Origin: Thermocrinis sp.
GTDB taxonomy: Bacteria; Aquificota; Aquificia; Aquificales; Aquificaceae
Assembly (NCBI GenBank): GCA_022759285.1
Contig: JAEMPM010000176.1
Span: 1 to 37,211, forward strand
Direction of reading: 5' to 3'
DNA: 37,211 nucleotides
Below are positions 1-10,800 of the stretch, in pieces. How positions within the stretch are numbered: the first letter of the stretch is position 1; each line of letters opens with the position of its first letter. The notes under the pieces are model-generated. The model ran no database searches. It had not been told where the DNA came from and was given only the letters and a program-made list of their open reading frames with translations. A program made the translations under genes and the position numbers.

Positions 1-73
1 TCGGGGCGAGGGGACTCGAACCCCTGACCTTCGGCTCCCGAAGCCGACGCGCCACCACCTGCGCCACGCCCCG
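1..73 (-). tRNA. tRNA-Pro(CGG)
   Basis: Reverse complement folds as a cloverleaf: acceptor CGGGGCG/CGCCCCG, anticodon arm TCGGC-TTCGGGA-GCCGA, T-loop GGTTCGAGTCC. The discriminator is at the window edge. Confidence 0.95.
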
Positions 74-1346
74 TCATGAAACCCAAAATCTTTTCACGCC
101 ATTTTTGCGCCAAAAATTTTACCTTTTCTTGATCTATGGTCTTTAGCTCTCTCTTTTCCATAAGAATTTTTCCCTTGCATACTACCGTGTCGATATCCTC
201 CGCATTGGCACTGTACACCCACTGGGAGACAGGTTCATAAAGGGGTTGCCAATGAGGAGCATCCGCATTAACCAGTATAAAGTCTGCATCATAACCTTCT
301 TCTATCCTTCCTCCTTTTATGCCAACCGCACGAAAGCCGTTTTCAGTGGCAATCATCAAGGCAGTCTGTGCATTCATAGCCTTTGCATCAAGACTTGCAC
401 CCTTTTGCAGTTTAGCCATCAAGGACATTTCCTCGTGCATGTTTAGATTATCGTTGGACGCTGGACCATCGGTACCAAGGCACACATGTATGCCTCTTTT
501 AACATAATCCCAAACAGGCGCTATACCCGAGGCGAGTTTCAGGTTGCTCTCTGGGCAATGTAACACTTTAACTTCCCTTTCTTTGAGTATTTCCCTTTCC
601 TCTTCTGTGGTCCATACCACATGGGCACAGAGCCATCTTCGGTCCAAAATACCCAACCTTTCCAAGTGCATAACAGGCGTATTTCCGTAAGTTTCTTTTA
701 TCCTCTCCACTTCTTCTTGAGTTTCCGCCAAGTGGGTGTGAATATAAACATCCTCTTCCTTTGCGATTTCATAAACTTTCTTCAGTGTAGAGGGTCCGCA
801 GGTGTAGGGTGCGTGAGGGCAAAGAACAGGAAAGACAAGTTCTTCTCCCTTGAAAGCCTTCACAAACTCTTTTGCCCTTTTTATGTATTCCTCTGGCGTT
901 TTTGCCACTTTGGTAGGAAAGTCAAGGATACCAAAGCCAAGACCAACCCTCACTCCCACCTCTTTTGCTACCTCTCCCACCACCTCTTCAAAAAAATACA
1001 TGTCCATAAATAAGGTTGTTCCGCTTCTTATGCCCTCTGCCAAAGCTATAATGGTGCCGTCCTTAACAAACTCCGGAGAGACAAATTCCCCTTCTAACTT
1101 CCATATAACCTTCTGTAACCAATCCATGAGTGGTAGATCTGCACCAAGCCCCCTCAAAAGGGTCATGGGTAGATGGGTGTGCATGTTCGCGAAGGATGGG
1201 AAGAGGAGCTTTCCCTCTGCTCTTAGAACCTCTTTGGCTGGCTTTTCCTCCTCCCCAAGGTAGGCAATTTTCCCATCTTTTACACCCACGTTCAGTTTTT
1301 TCCCAAGGGAGACTACAAAGGCATCTTTTACAAGAAGGTCAAACAT
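1..1346 (-). CDS. Amidohydrolase family protein, probable 5'-methylthioadenosine/S-adenosylhomocysteine deaminase (MtaD-like); no in-frame stop inside the window
   Basis: Not in the ORF track. Manual translation from ATG 1346 gives MFDLLVKDA...PSFANMHTHLPMTLLRGLG (metal-binding HxH)...GTDGPASNDNL...EGYDADFILV...DIDTVVCKGKILME. The frame stays open through tRNA-Pro to the window edge. Confidence 0.85.
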   Translation of the reverse strand, partial: MFDLLVKDAFVVSLGKKLNVGVKDGKIAYLGEEEKPAKEVLRAEGKLLFPSFANMHTHLPMTLLRGLGADLPLMDWLQKVIWKLEGEFVSPEFVKDGTIIALAEGIRSGTTLFMDMYFFEEVVGEVAKEVGVRVGLGFGILDFPTKVAKTPEEYIKRAKEFVKAFKGEELVFPVLCPHAPYTCGPSTLKKVYEIAKEEDVYIHTHLAETQEEVERIKETYGNTPVMHLERLGILDRRWLCAHVVWTTEEEREILKEREVKVLHCPESNLKLASGIAPVWDYVKRGIHVCLGTDGPASNDNLNMHEEMSLMAKLQKGASLDAKAMNAQTALMIATENGFRAVGIKGGRIEEGYDADFILVNADAPHWQPLYEPVSQWVYSANAEDIDTVVCKGKILMEKRELKTIDQEKVKFLAQKWREKILGFMTGRGAGGGASASGAEGQGFESPRP

Positions 1347-1351
1347 AACTC

Positions 1352-2323
1352 TTAGTATATCACCCCCGCACGGAGTATATCGTGCATGTGTATTATGCCA
1401 ATGGGTCTTTTCTCCTCATCAACCACAATGAGGACGGTTATTTTGTGATCCTCCATTCTTTTTAGGGCTTCCGCTGCCAACTCTTCCATTTTGGCGGTTT
1501 TAGGATTTGTGGTCATGGCATCCTTAGCCAAGCTGTTGTTTAGGTCTCCACCTCGGTTTATGAACCTTCTAAGGTCCCCGTCGGTGATTATACCCACAAG
1601 CCTTCCCTCCTCGTTTACCACCGCTACAGCCCCAAAGCCCTTGCTGGTGATCTCCACAATCACCTCTTTCATTGAATCTGTTTCTTTAACGATGGGTACC
1701 TCTTCTCCCGTATGGCAGAGTTCTTTAACGAGCTTTAGCTTTCTACCCAATACGCCCGCAGGGTGTCTGAGAGCAAAGTCCTTCTCTGTAAAACCTCTGA
1801 GCTCCAAAAGCACCATAGCCAAGGCATCTCCCAAAACCAGGGATAGTGTGGTAGAGGTTGTTGGCGCTAAGTTCAATGGGCAGGCTTCTTTGGAAACTCC
1901 CAAAAATATATGTACATCCGAGTGCTTTGCTAAGGTAGAGTTTGGGTCGTTGGTAATGGATATTAACTTGGTACCCAAAAGCTTTATGTATGGAAGGAGT
2001 GCCAAGATCTCCGCGGACTCTCCGCTTTTGGAAAAGGCTAAAACTACATCTTTACTTTCCACCACCCCCAGGTCTCCATGAAGGGCTTCTGAAGGATGAA
2101 GATAGTGGGATGGCGTACCCGTGGAGGAAAGGGTTGATGCGACCTTTTGGGCTATGTGTCCTGACTTTCCAACGCCCGTGGTTATAACCTTTCCCTCACA
2201 GTTCAGGATAAGCTCGACTGCTCTAACAAAGGAATGGTCTAATCTTTCCAAAAGTTTTGAAAGTTCTTGTGCTTCTTCCTCTATTACCCTTTTAGCCTTA
2301 CGGATGATCTCCTCAGGGTTCAT
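1352..2323 (-). CDS. kdsD: KpsF/GutQ family arabinose-5-phosphate isomerase (SIS + 2 CBS domains)
   Basis: [33 protein letters not shown] motifs and a C-terminal CBS pair ([10 protein letters not shown]). Confidence 0.93.
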   Translation of the reverse strand: MNPEEIIRKAKRVIEEEAQELSKLLERLDHSFVRAVELILNCEGKVITTGVGKSGHIAQKVASTLSSTGTPSHYLHPSEALHGDLGVVESKDVVLAFSKSGESAEILALLPYIKLLGTKLISITNDPNSTLAKHSDVHIFLGVSKEACPLNLAPTTSTTLSLVLGDALAMVLLELRGFTEKDFALRHPAGVLGRKLKLVKELCHTGEEVPIVKETDSMKEVIVEITSKGFGAVAVVNEEGRLVGIITDGDLRRFINRGGDLNNSLAKDAMTTNPKTAKMEELAAEALKRMEDHKITVLIVVDEEKRPIGIIHMHDILRAGVIY

Positions 2324-2853
2324 TCACTCTTTTTCTTGTAGTTCTCTATGCCCTTTTTGATCTCATCTATGGCAAACTGCACACCCTTGAATCCTTCCAC
2401 TTTTACCCACTTGCCCGGTTCCAGCTCCTTGTAGTGCTCGAAAAAGTGTCTGATCCGATCCAGCAGTGCCTTGGGTAAATCATCCACGCTTTTTATCTCG
2501 TCAAAGGTTGGGTCTATCTTTGAGTGAGGTACCGCTATAAGCTTTGTATCCACACCTTCTTCATCTCTCATTTCCAAGCCACCTATAGGTCTGCACCTTA
2601 TCACACTACCAGGTGCTACAGGATACCTTGATACTACTAAAACATCCACCGGATCCCCATCGTCCGCCAAGGTCTGAGGAATAAAGCCGTAGTTGAAGGG
2701 ATAATGCATGGCTGTAAACAAAAACCTATCCACAAAAACTGCACCCGTTTCCTTGTCCAGTTCATACTTTATAGGACTATCCTGAGGGATCTCTACGACT
2801 ACGTAAATATCCTCTGGTGGATTCTTGCCGGCGGGTATCTTCTTTATGTCCAT
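2320..2853 (-). CDS. ppa: Family I inorganic pyrophosphatase
   Basis: [38 protein letters not shown] motifs. Start moved to ATG 2853, which follows a GGAGGA RBS. Confidence 0.95.
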   Translation of the reverse strand: MDIKKIPAGKNPPEDIYVVVEIPQDSPIKYELDKETGAVFVDRFLFTAMHYPFNYGFIPQTLADDGDPVDVLVVSRYPVAPGSVIRCRPIGGLEMRDEEGVDTKLIAVPHSKIDPTFDEIKSVDDLPKALLDRIRHFFEHYKELEPGKWVKVEGFKGVQFAIDEIKKGIENYKKKSE

Positions 2854-2874
2854 CTTTCCTCCTCCGAGAGCAAT

Positions 2875-2905
2875 ATTATACCTCAACGCAGAATTATGAT
2901 ATAAT
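2875..2905. promoter_or_regulatory. Divergent sigma70-type promoters for ppa (-) and the tRNA-tuf operon (+)
   Basis: Minus-strand TATAAT at 2880-2875; plus-strand extended -10 TGaTATAAT at 2897-2905, 11 nt before tRNA-Thr. Confidence 0.65.
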
Positions 2906-2916
2906 TTTTATACTGA

Positions 2917-2989
2917 GCTGGCGTAGCTCAGTGGGCAGAGCGCGGGATTTGTAATCCCGCGGGCGTGGGTTCAAGTCCCACCGCCAGCT
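2917..2989 (+). tRNA. tRNA-Thr(TGT)
   Basis: Acceptor GCTGGCG/CGCCAGC, anticodon loop TTTGTAA, T-loop GGTTCAAGTCC; no encoded CCA. Confidence 0.95.
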
Positions 2990-2998
2990 TTAGGCTCA

Positions 2999-3082
2999 GG
3001 AGGGGTGGCCGAGTGGCCAAAGGCAGGGGACTGTAAATCCCCCGGGCTCCGCCCTGCGCAGGTTCGAATCCTGCCCCCTCCA
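2999..3082 (+). tRNA. tRNA-Tyr(GTA)
   Basis: Acceptor GGAGGGG/CCCCTCC, anticodon loop CTGTAAA, long variable arm, GGTTCGAATCC. Confidence 0.95.
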
Positions 3083-3087
3083 CTGTA

Positions 3088-3159
3088 GCGGGCGTAGCTC
3101 AGTGGTAGAGCAGCTGCCTTCCAAGCAGCAGGTCGCGGGTTCGAGTCCCGTCGCCCGCT
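3088..3159 (+). tRNA. tRNA-Gly(TCC)
   Basis: Acceptor GCGGGCG/CGCCCGC, anticodon loop CTTCCAA, GGTTCGAGTCC. Confidence 0.95.
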
Positions 3160-3173
3160 CTTTTAATTAAAGA

Positions 3174-3246
3174 GCCCAGGTAGCTCAGCGGGCAGAGCAC
3201 ACCCTTGGTAAGGGTGAGGTCGCCGGTTCAAGTCCGGTCCTGGGCT
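3174..3246 (+). tRNA. tRNA-Thr(GGT)
   Basis: Acceptor GCCCAGG/CCTGGGC, anticodon loop TTGGTAA; completes the classic Thr-Tyr-Gly-Thr-tuf arrangement. Confidence 0.95.
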
Positions 3247-3253
3247 TAAACTT

Positions 3254-4497
3254 AGGAGGTAAAACATGGCGAAGGAGAAGTTTGTAAGAGAGAAGGAGCA
3301 CGTAAACGTAGGAACAATAGGGCACGTAGACCACGGTAAATCTACCCTAACCTCTGCCATAACTTGCGTCCTTGCCGCAGGCGTACTGCCAGGCGGTAAA
3401 GCCAAATGCATGAAATACGAAGAAATCGACAAAGCTCCAGAAGAGAAAGAAAGAGGTATAACCATCAACATAACCCACGTGGAGTATGAAAGTGCCAAAA
3501 GACACTACGCCCACATAGATTGCCCTGGACACGCAGACTACATAAAGAACATGATTACAGGCGCTGCTCAGATGGACGGTGCTATCCTTGTGGTATCCGC
3601 CGCTGACGGACCTATGCCTCAAACAAGAGAACACGTATTGCTTGCAAGACAGGTTAACGTTCCATACATTGTGGTCTTTATGAACAAGTGCGATATGGTG
3701 GATGACCCAGAGCTTTTGGACTTGGTTGAGCTTGAAGTGAGGGAGCTTTTGAACAAATACGAATTTCCTGGGGATGAGGTGCCAGTGATAAGGGGATCTG
3801 CTTTGGGAGCTTTGCAGGAGTTGGAAGCAGGGAAGCCAGACAAGTGGTGCAATGCCATAGTGGAGCTTGTGAACGCTTTGGATGAACACATACCAACACC
3901 TGTGAGGGAGTCAGATAAACCATTCTTGATGCCTATAGAGGACGTCTTTAGCATTTCTGGTCGTGGAACTGTGGTGACGGGAAGGGTAGAAAGAGGAACT
4001 CTAAAGCCTGGTGAGGAAGTGGAGGTAGTAGGACTTAAGGAGGAGCCACTGAAGACAGTGGCAACTTCTATAGAGATGTTCAGGAAGGTACTTGATGAGG
4101 CACTTCCTGGGGACAACATAGGAGTGCTATTGAGGGGAGTGGGTAAGGATGATGTGGAGAGGGGTCAGGTATTGGCAAAACCTGGGACAGTGAAGCCTCA
4201 CAGGAAGTTTAGGGCACAGGTGTATATTCTCACCAAGGAGGAAGGTGGAAGGCACAGTCCGTTTTTTGTCAATTACAGGCCACAGTTTTACTTTAGGACA
4301 GCGGACGTGACGGGTGTGATAGTGAAGTTGCCGGAGGGGCAGGAGATGGTTATGCCTGGGGACAATGTGGAGCTTGAGGTGGAGTTGATAAAGCCAGTAG
4401 CTATGGAGGAAGGTTTGAGGTTTGCCATAAGGGAAGGTGGTAAGACTGTTGGTGCAGGTGTCGTTACAAAAATACTTGATTGAGGTGTGAAAAATGG
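3254..4497 (+). repeat. Direct repeat copy 1 (tuf plus flanks, 1244 bp)
   Basis: Matches 19969-21212 from AGGAGGTAAAAC through TGAGGTGTGAAAAATGG. Sense and antisense ORF translations inside the two copies are identical. Confidence 0.9.
3266..4483 (+). CDS. tuf: Elongation factor Tu
   Basis: [38 protein letters not shown] motifs; AGGAGG RBS. Confidence 0.99.
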   Translation: MAKEKFVREKEHVNVGTIGHVDHGKSTLTSAITCVLAAGVLPGGKAKCMKYEEIDKAPEEKERGITINITHVEYESAKRHYAHIDCPGHADYIKNMITGAAQMDGAILVVSAADGPMPQTREHVLLARQVNVPYIVVFMNKCDMVDDPELLDLVELEVRELLNKYEFPGDEVPVIRGSALGALQELEAGKPDKWCNAIVELVNALDEHIPTPVRESDKPFLMPIEDVFSISGRGTVVTGRVERGTLKPGEEVEVVGLKEEPLKTVATSIEMFRKVLDEALPGDNIGVLLRGVGKDDVERGQVLAKPGTVKPHRKFRAQVYILTKEEGGRHSPFFVNYRPQFYFRTADVTGVIVKLPEGQEMVMPGDNVELEVELIKPVAMEEGLRFAIREGGKTVGAGVVTKILD

Positions 4498-4652
4498 CAG
4501 CAGCAAGAGAAGTTGTAGTTTTAGCATGTACTGAGTGTAAGAGAAGAAACTACTCCACCACAAAGAATAAGCAGAAGAAACCGCAAAGGTTAGAGCTTAG
4601 GAAGTATTGCAAGTGGTGCAAGAAGCATACATTACACAGGGAGGTTAAATAG
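4494..4652 (+). CDS. rpmG: 50S ribosomal protein L33 (zinc-binding C+ form), 52 aa
   Basis: Manual translation: [52 protein letters not shown]; GAGGTG RBS; canonical tuf-rpmG-secE position. Confidence 0.96.
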   Translation: MAAAREVVVLACTECKRRNYSTTKNKQKKPQRLELRKYCKWCKKHTLHREVK

Positions 4653-4724
4653 GGGCACTAGCTCAATTGGCAGAGCGCGGGACTCCAAATCCCGCGGTTG
4701 GGGGTTCGAGTCCTCCGTGCCCCG
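4652..4724 (+). tRNA. tRNA-Trp(CCA)
   Basis: Acceptor GGGGCAC/GTGCCCC, anticodon arm CGGGA-CTCCAAA-TCCCG, GGTTCGAGTCC; canonical position before secE. Confidence 0.95.
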
Positions 4725-4735
4725 TATGGAGAAAA

Positions 4736-4930
4736 ATGGAGAAGATAAAGAGCTTCCTGAAATCCGTAAAGCAAGAGCTTGATAGAGTATCGTGGCCTAG
4801 CAAGGATTTAGCAGTAAAGGCAACAGTTAGTGTTATAATATTTGCTCTTGTAGTTGGTACCTACCTTTGGATCTTAGACATTATCTTTGTTAGAATTATT
4901 AACTTTCTACTCTCTTTGAGGGGTGGCTAA
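4736..4930 (+). CDS. secE: Preprotein translocase subunit SecE
   Basis: ELDRVSWPS motif plus one TM helix; ATG 4736 after GGAG. The longer ORF-track start lies inside tRNA-Trp. Confidence 0.93.
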   Translation: MEKIKSFLKSVKQELDRVSWPSKDLAVKATVSVIIFALVVGTYLWILDIIFVRIINFLLSLRGG

Positions 4931-5655
4931 TGAGTGAATACAAATGGTATGCTCTGCAAGTGGAAGCGGGAAAGGAGGCTACCGCCAAGGAGAATCTTCT
5001 GAAGGTTTTAGCTTTGGAAGGGCTCTCTCACAAGGTGGAGGAGGTCATAGTTCCCGCAGAGGAAAAAGTGGTCATAAAAACTATGGGAAAGGAAAAATAC
5101 AGGCTCTCCCTGCGTAGTAATAATAGAGACATAAGCGTACTCGGGAAAAAAGGTGTTACCACCTTTAGGATAGAAAATGGAGAGGTTAGGGTTTTGGAAA
5201 GCGTAGAGGGAGACTTGTGCGTAGAGGCACCTCCCATATCGAAGCCCGGACAAAAAATAGTGTGCAAAGAGAATAAAACGGAGGCAAAGATTATTTTGGA
5301 ATCCAAAATGTTCCCAGGTTATCTGCTTATAAAGGCAGATATGGATGATGCACTCTTGAGGGCAATAGAAAAGACACCACACGTCTATAGGCCTGTTTTG
5401 GTGGGCGGAAGGGTTGCCTCTTTGGATGAAAAGGAGGTGGAAAAGATCATAGCCTTTGTGAAGAAGGGCGTAAGACCTACGAGAATTCTCTTTGAAAAGG
5501 GCGACCAAGTTAGGGTCATAGAGGGACCCTTTATGAACTTTACCGGTACCGTGGAAGAGGTTCATTCAGAAAGGGAAAAACTAACAGTTTTGATCAGCAT
5601 ATTTGGTAGGCTAACACCTGTTGAGTTGGATTTTTCTCAGGTGGAAAAGTTGTGA
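4930..5655 (+). CDS. nusG: Transcription termination/antitermination factor NusG with inserted domain II
   Basis: [18 protein letters not shown] motif [28 protein letters not shown]. Confidence 0.97.
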   Translation: MSEYKWYALQVEAGKEATAKENLLKVLALEGLSHKVEEVIVPAEEKVVIKTMGKEKYRLSLRSNNRDISVLGKKGVTTFRIENGEVRVLESVEGDLCVEAPPISKPGQKIVCKENKTEAKIILESKMFPGYLLIKADMDDALLRAIEKTPHVYRPVLVGGRVASLDEKEVEKIIAFVKKGVRPTRILFEKGDQVRVIEGPFMNFTGTVEEVHSEREKLTVLISIFGRLTPVELDFSQVEKL

Positions 5656-5661
5656 TATAAT
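5653..5661 (+). promoter_or_regulatory. Extended -10 promoter for rplKAJL, overlapping the nusG stop
   Basis: TGaTATAAT; the TG is part of the nusG TGA. Confidence 0.6.
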
Positions 5662-5686
5662 GCTATATTCTCTTTGGAGGTAGGTA

Positions 5687-6124
5687 ATGGCTAAGAAGGT
5701 AACTGCAGTCGTAGAACTGATGTTGCCCGCTCAGCAAGCTACGCCTGCACCTCCCGTTGGTCCAGCCCTCGGTCAGCATGGTGTGAACATAATGGAGTTT
5801 GTCAAGCAGTTCAACGCAGCAAGCAAGGAATTTGAGCCTGGTACTGTGGTGCCCGTCGTGATCACCATATACCAAGACAGAAGCTTCACGTTCGTTATGA
5901 AAACACCCCCTGCTTCTTATCTGCTCAAAAAGGCGGCAAAGGTTCAGAAAGGTTCAGGAGACCCCAAAAGGCAAAAAGTGGGTAAGATCACGGTGGAACA
6001 GCTAAGAGAGATCGCTAAAATGAAGCTAAAGGATATGAACACCACAGACCTAAACGCCGCCATGAGAACAATTGCGGGCACTGCCAAAAGTATGGGTATA
6101 GAAATAGAAGGTTGGAAGGAGTGA
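5687..6124 (+). CDS. rplK: 50S ribosomal protein L11
   Basis: [30 protein letters not shown]. Confidence 0.99.
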   Translation: MAKKVTAVVELMLPAQQATPAPPVGPALGQHGVNIMEFVKQFNAASKEFEPGTVVPVVITIYQDRSFTFVMKTPPASYLLKKAAKVQKGSGDPKRQKVGKITVEQLREIAKMKLKDMNTTDLNAAMRTIAGTAKSMGIEIEGWKE

Positions 6125-6127
6125 GCT

Positions 6128-6853
6128 ATGAGGAGAGGAAAAAGATATTTAAAGTGCCTTGAACTCTATGACAGAAACAAACTTTACTCAGTAGAGGAGG
6201 CTGTTCAGATTTTAAAAAAGCTCCACGCAGAGTGTGGTCCAAAGTTTGACCAAACGGTGGAGCTTGCCATGAAGCTTGGTGTGGACCCCAAGTATGCGGA
6301 CCAGATGGTCAGAGGTTCTGTAGTCTTACCCCACGGTTTGGGTAAAGAAATTAAGGTTTTGGTCCTTGCTGAAGGTGAAGCCCAAAAGATTGCAAAGGAA
6401 GCGGGCGCAGATTATGTGGGTGGTGAGGATCTTATAAACAAAATCCTCAAAGAGGAGTGGGTAGACTATGATGTGGTTATAGCGGTTCCTGAAATTATGC
6501 CGAAGGTGGCAAAACTTGGAAAACTCTTGGGTCCAAGGGGTTTAATGCCAAACCCCAAAACAGGTACCGTTACCACCAACGTAAAGCAGGCAATAGAAGA
6601 GGCAAAGAAGGGTAGGGTGGAGTTCAAGGTAGACAAAACTGGTAATGTACACATGCCCATAGGAAAGATTTCCTTTGATGAGCAAAAGCTCATTGAGAAC
6701 GCATACGCCGCTATAGACGCAGTGGTGAAGGCAAAACCACCGGGTGCAAAAGGTCAGTATGTGAAGAGTATCACCTTGTCCGCTACCATGTCTCCGGGTG
6801 TTAAGGTGGATACCGCCCTCACCCTCAGAAAGCTTCAGGAGGTAGCCGCATGA
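6128..6853 (+). CDS. rplA: 50S ribosomal protein L1
   Basis: [39 protein letters not shown]. Confidence 0.99.
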   Translation: MRRGKRYLKCLELYDRNKLYSVEEAVQILKKLHAECGPKFDQTVELAMKLGVDPKYADQMVRGSVVLPHGLGKEIKVLVLAEGEAQKIAKEAGADYVGGEDLINKILKEEWVDYDVVIAVPEIMPKVAKLGKLLGPRGLMPNPKTGTVTTNVKQAIEEAKKGRVEFKVDKTGNVHMPIGKISFDEQKLIENAYAAIDAVVKAKPPGAKGQYVKSITLSATMSPGVKVDTALTLRKLQEVAA

Positions 6854-7386
6854 GGAAAAGTTGGCAGGTGAAAGCTGAGTTGATCAACAGCTACAAGGAT
6901 AGATTACAGAGGGCGCAGTTGGTGATCTTCTTCAATTACTCGGGTATAGATGCGTACCCTCTCACAAAGCTCAGGGCTGAGCTCAAAGCTATGGACGGTG
7001 AGCTTGTGGTGGGTAAAAACACCCTCTTTTACAGGGCTTTTATGGACACCGCTGTGGCAGATCATAGAGATGTGCTTGTGGGACCAACTGCCTTAGTCTT
7101 TGCTTACAGGGATCCTGTGGTTATTGCCAAAAAGATCTTTGAAGTTTCAAAGGAGCTAAACAAAGAAAACCCCCTTGCCAAAATAAAGGGTGGTTTTATG
7201 GGGGGTAGGTTTTTAAAGCCACAAGAAGTACAAGCCCTCGCAGAGCTGCCCCCAAGGGAAGTATTGCTTTCCAAGCTTATGGGTACCTTGCAAGCTCCTT
7301 TGATGAACTTTATCTTAGCCCTCAAGGCTATGCCTCAAAAGCTTGTACTTACCCTGAAGGCAATAGAAGAAAAGAAAAAATCTTAA
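6850..7386 (+). CDS. rplJ: 50S ribosomal protein L10
   Basis: [29 protein letters not shown]; lies between rplA and rplL. Confidence 0.96.
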   Translation: MRKSWQVKAELINSYKDRLQRAQLVIFFNYSGIDAYPLTKLRAELKAMDGELVVGKNTLFYRAFMDTAVADHRDVLVGPTALVFAYRDPVVIAKKIFEVSKELNKENPLAKIKGGFMGGRFLKPQEVQALAELPPREVLLSKLMGTLQAPLMNFILALKAMPQKLVLTLKAIEEKKKS

Positions 7387-7401
7387 TAAGGAGGTATAAA
7401 G

Positions 7402-7794
7402 ATGCCAGCACTTACCATCGACGAAATAGTAGAAGCTATAGGCAACATGACCCTTTTGGAAGTTGCCGAGCTCGTAAAGAAGCTAGAAGAGAAGTTTGGA
7501 GTATCCGCCGCCGCTGTGGTGGCAGCAGCACCTGCAGCGGTAGCTGGAGCTCCAGCAGGTGCCGCACCTGCAGCTGAAGAAAAGACAGAGTTCACTGTGA
7601 TTCTAAAGAGCGTAGGTGCTAACAAGATAAACGTGATCAAAGTAGTTAGGGAGATCACAGGACTTGGTCTCAAGGAGGCAAAGGACCTAGTGGAATCTGC
7701 ACCAAAGCCTGTAAAAGAAGGTGTATCAAAGGAGGAGGCAGAAAGCATAGCCAAGAAGCTTCAAGAGGCAGGAGCAGAAGTAGAAATAAAGTGA
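7402..7794 (+). CDS. rplL: 50S ribosomal protein L7/L12
   Basis: [10 protein letters not shown] hinge, [18 protein letters not shown]. Confidence 0.99.
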   Translation: MPALTIDEIVEAIGNMTLLEVAELVKKLEEKFGVSAAAVVAAAPAAVAGAPAGAAPAAEEKTEFTVILKSVGANKINVIKVVREITGLGLKEAKDLVESAPKPVKEGVSKEEAESIAKKLQEAGAEVEIK

Positions 7795-7827
7795 GAATTT
7801 CAATTTCAAAACTTTTTTGTGAGCTCG

Positions 7828-7859
7828 TACCCCCTTTTGTAAAGGGGGTATTTTGTTTT
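7828..7859 (+). terminator. Intrinsic terminator/attenuator between rplL and rpoB
   Basis: Perfect 10-bp stem TACCCCCTTT-tgt-AAAGGGGGTA followed by TTTTGTTTT. Confidence 0.75.
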
Positions 7860-7882
7860 AAAAACACCCAAGGGGTAAAGGC

Positions 7883-10800
7883 ATGAGAAAGAACTTAGCC
7901 CTTCCAAGGAAGTTTTTTGGCAAAAGGGAAGAACTCATCAATCCTCCTCATCTTCTTACTGTACCAAGGGAGTCCTTTGAGTCCTTTATCCAGTTTAAAA
8001 AGCCTCCTCACAAAAGGGAGCCAAAGGGATTAGAGTATGTCTTTAGAACATCCTTCCCTATGAAAGATCCCGATGAGAAGATCATCATTGAGTATTTAGG
8101 ATACGAGATTGGGGAGTGGGAATGCAATAAATGCGGTTACAAAGCGTACTCAGACTCAAACTTTTTGGGAGGATATGATGTAGACTGTCCCAAATGTGGT
8201 TCAAAGCTGGTGTATAAGGAAAAATTCACTGAGGAAGACTGTAAGCTAAAGGGCTTTACCTATTCTGCTCCTCTTAGGGTTTTGGTAAGGCTCAGAACAA
8301 AGACAAAGAAGGGGGAAAGAGTAAGCGAGCCCAAAAAGGTATACTTCGGCGAAATACCCCTTATGACTGAAAAGGGCTCTTTTATTATAAACGGTACCGA
8401 AAGGGTTGTAGTAAATCAGCTTATACGTTCTCCAGGTGTTTTCTTTGAAGAAAAGGAGGAAAGGCAAAAGGAAACAACCATAGTTCGTATGCTCTATAGG
8501 GCAAGCATAATCCCAGACAAAGGCTCTCGGATAGAGTTTGAGCTTTCCAGTACCTCCGACATACTAACCGTTAGGATAGATAAGAAAAAACTAAGCGCTG
8601 GTTCATACGTTTTCAGAGCCTTTGGTTTGGAAACTGCCTATCAAATTCTAAAAGCCTTCTACCCAGAGACAAAAGGATTCTTTGTTAGAGGGGAAAGCCT
8701 CTTTGAAGAAACAACCGGTGAAGAGTATAAACCCGAAGATTTAGAGGGTCATTACATCTTTGCCATACTCAGATACAGAGGTATTTTGGAAGGTAAAGGT
8801 GTAGAGGAAGAGTTCATAGAGGAAAGATACATAGAAAGCGTGGAAATCTTAGAAAGGTTACTAAAAGACGATAGAATTCAGATAGACCATGTATGTGCAG
8901 TGCCTCGGGAAAGTGTAATAAAGAGCCCCTATGAGAAATACATTGTGGAAACGCTCATAGCAGAGTGTATGCCGAGAGATCAGGGAATGAGCCAGATAAG
9001 ACTGCCTTCCAAGTTCAGGCTTTCAGACATAGCGCTGATAGATATATACAAGAAACTGCGGGCAGTAGAGCCCATGATCATGGAACTGGAGCACCTCGTA
9101 AGTAGGGCAAGGACCCACTTTGAGCTCTACTTCAAAGATATCACCCGCTATGACCTATCTAAGGTTGGTAGAGTAAAGCTCAACGCAAAGGTTCATAAGG
9201 TCCCCAAAGCTCTGAAGCCTGCAGATTTGGAAAGGTTAAGCTCCCTTCCACCTTTGGCAGTAGTTTTGGAAGATGGAAGGGAAGTTCCCGCTACCGAGGA
9301 ACTCCTTAAAGAACTCTTTAAAGAGAAGACGGAAGTTAAGGTAAAAGATTACACGGAGGGAGAGGCAAGGTTCCTGAATGCTCTAGACCTTATCAACGTA
9401 GTCAAATATCTCATAGACCTTAAACATGGAAGGCAGAAAAAGGATGATATTGCTTACCTTGGCAACAGAAGGGTGCGGGCGGTGGGAGAGCTTTTAGAAA
9501 ACCAATGCAGAATAGGAATTGCCCGTATTGAAAAGTACTTCAGGGATCGTTGTACGGTGGTCAGCCCAGAGGACCCCAACCTTAAACCCCAAGACCTTTT
9601 ACAACCAAGGTATTTGACCGCTGCCATCTACGACTTTTTGAAGGGTGGAACTCTATCCCAATACTTAGATAACACAAACCCACTCTCCGCTACCACCCAC
9701 AAAAGAAGGCTCTCTGCATTAGGTCCCGGTGGTCTTACCCGAGAGAGCGCCAAGTTTGAAATAAGGGACGTCCATCCTTCCCACTACGGAAGGATCTGTC
9801 CTATTGAAACACCCGAAGGCCAAAACATAGGTTTGGTAACCTCTTTGACCGTGTATGCCCAGCTCAACGAATATGGCTTTATCATCACCCCATACAGAAA
9901 GGTAGAGAATGGAAAGGTAACAGATAAAGTTGAATACTTGGCTGCTTACGAAGAGGAGAACTTTGTAATAGCCCAATACACTCCGTGCGCAGAAGATGGC
10001 ACTTTGCTGGCGGACAGAGTTTATGCGAGGTATAAAAACGACATTCAAATAGTACGTCCGGAGCAAGTCCATTACATGGACGTCTCTCCAAGGCAGGTGG
10101 TTTCTGTGTCTGCCTCTTTGATTCCTTTCCTTGAGCATGACGACGCAAACCGTGCCCTGATGGGCTCCAACATGCAAAGACAAGCAGTGCCCTTGATATT
10201 CACCCAGGCACCATTGGTGGGCACCGGTATGGAAAGAATCGTAGCCCGGGACAGCGGCGCGGTAGTGATTGCAAAGAGAGGTGGTGTGGTAGAAGAGGTG
10301 GATAGCAAAAGGATCGTTGTAAGGGTAAATCCTGAGGAAATTGACTTCAAAGATCCCACAGACATAGGTATAGACATATACGAGCTTGAAAAGTTTAAGA
10401 GGACCAATCAAAATACCTGTATAAATCAAAGACCTTTGGTGGTAAAGGGACAAAAGGTAAAGAAGGGAGATATTTTGGCGGATGGTCAATCTACCTACAG
10501 AGGAGAACTAGCCCTTGGAAAGGACGTGCTTGTTGCCTTTATGCCGTGGAGAGGTTACAACTTTGAAGACGCCATTGTTATCTCTGAACGTTTGGTAAAG
10601 GATGATGTGTATACGTCCATTCACATCGAAGAACTGGAAGTGGAGGCAAGGGAAACCAAGCTTGGTTATGAAGAGATAACTCGTTCCATACCTGGAGTGC
10701 CAGAGAGGGCTCTTGCCCACTTGGATGAGTTTGGCATAGTAAAGATCGGTACCTACGTTAAGCCCGGAGATATACTGGTTGGAAAGGTAACTCCTAAAGG

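Noticed and set aside
246-2360. Plus-strand ORFs (e.g. 621-1013, 850-1263, 1491-2081)
   Set aside because: Antisense shadows of the amidohydrolase and kdsD genes with no recognisable motifs.
4667-4735. N-terminal extension of SecE in the ORF track
   Set aside because: Overlaps tRNA-Trp; ATG 4736 has its own RBS and gives a normal-length SecE.
5070-5300. Large insertion in NusG as a novelty
   Set aside because: Matches the already described domain II insertion of Aquifex-type NusG.
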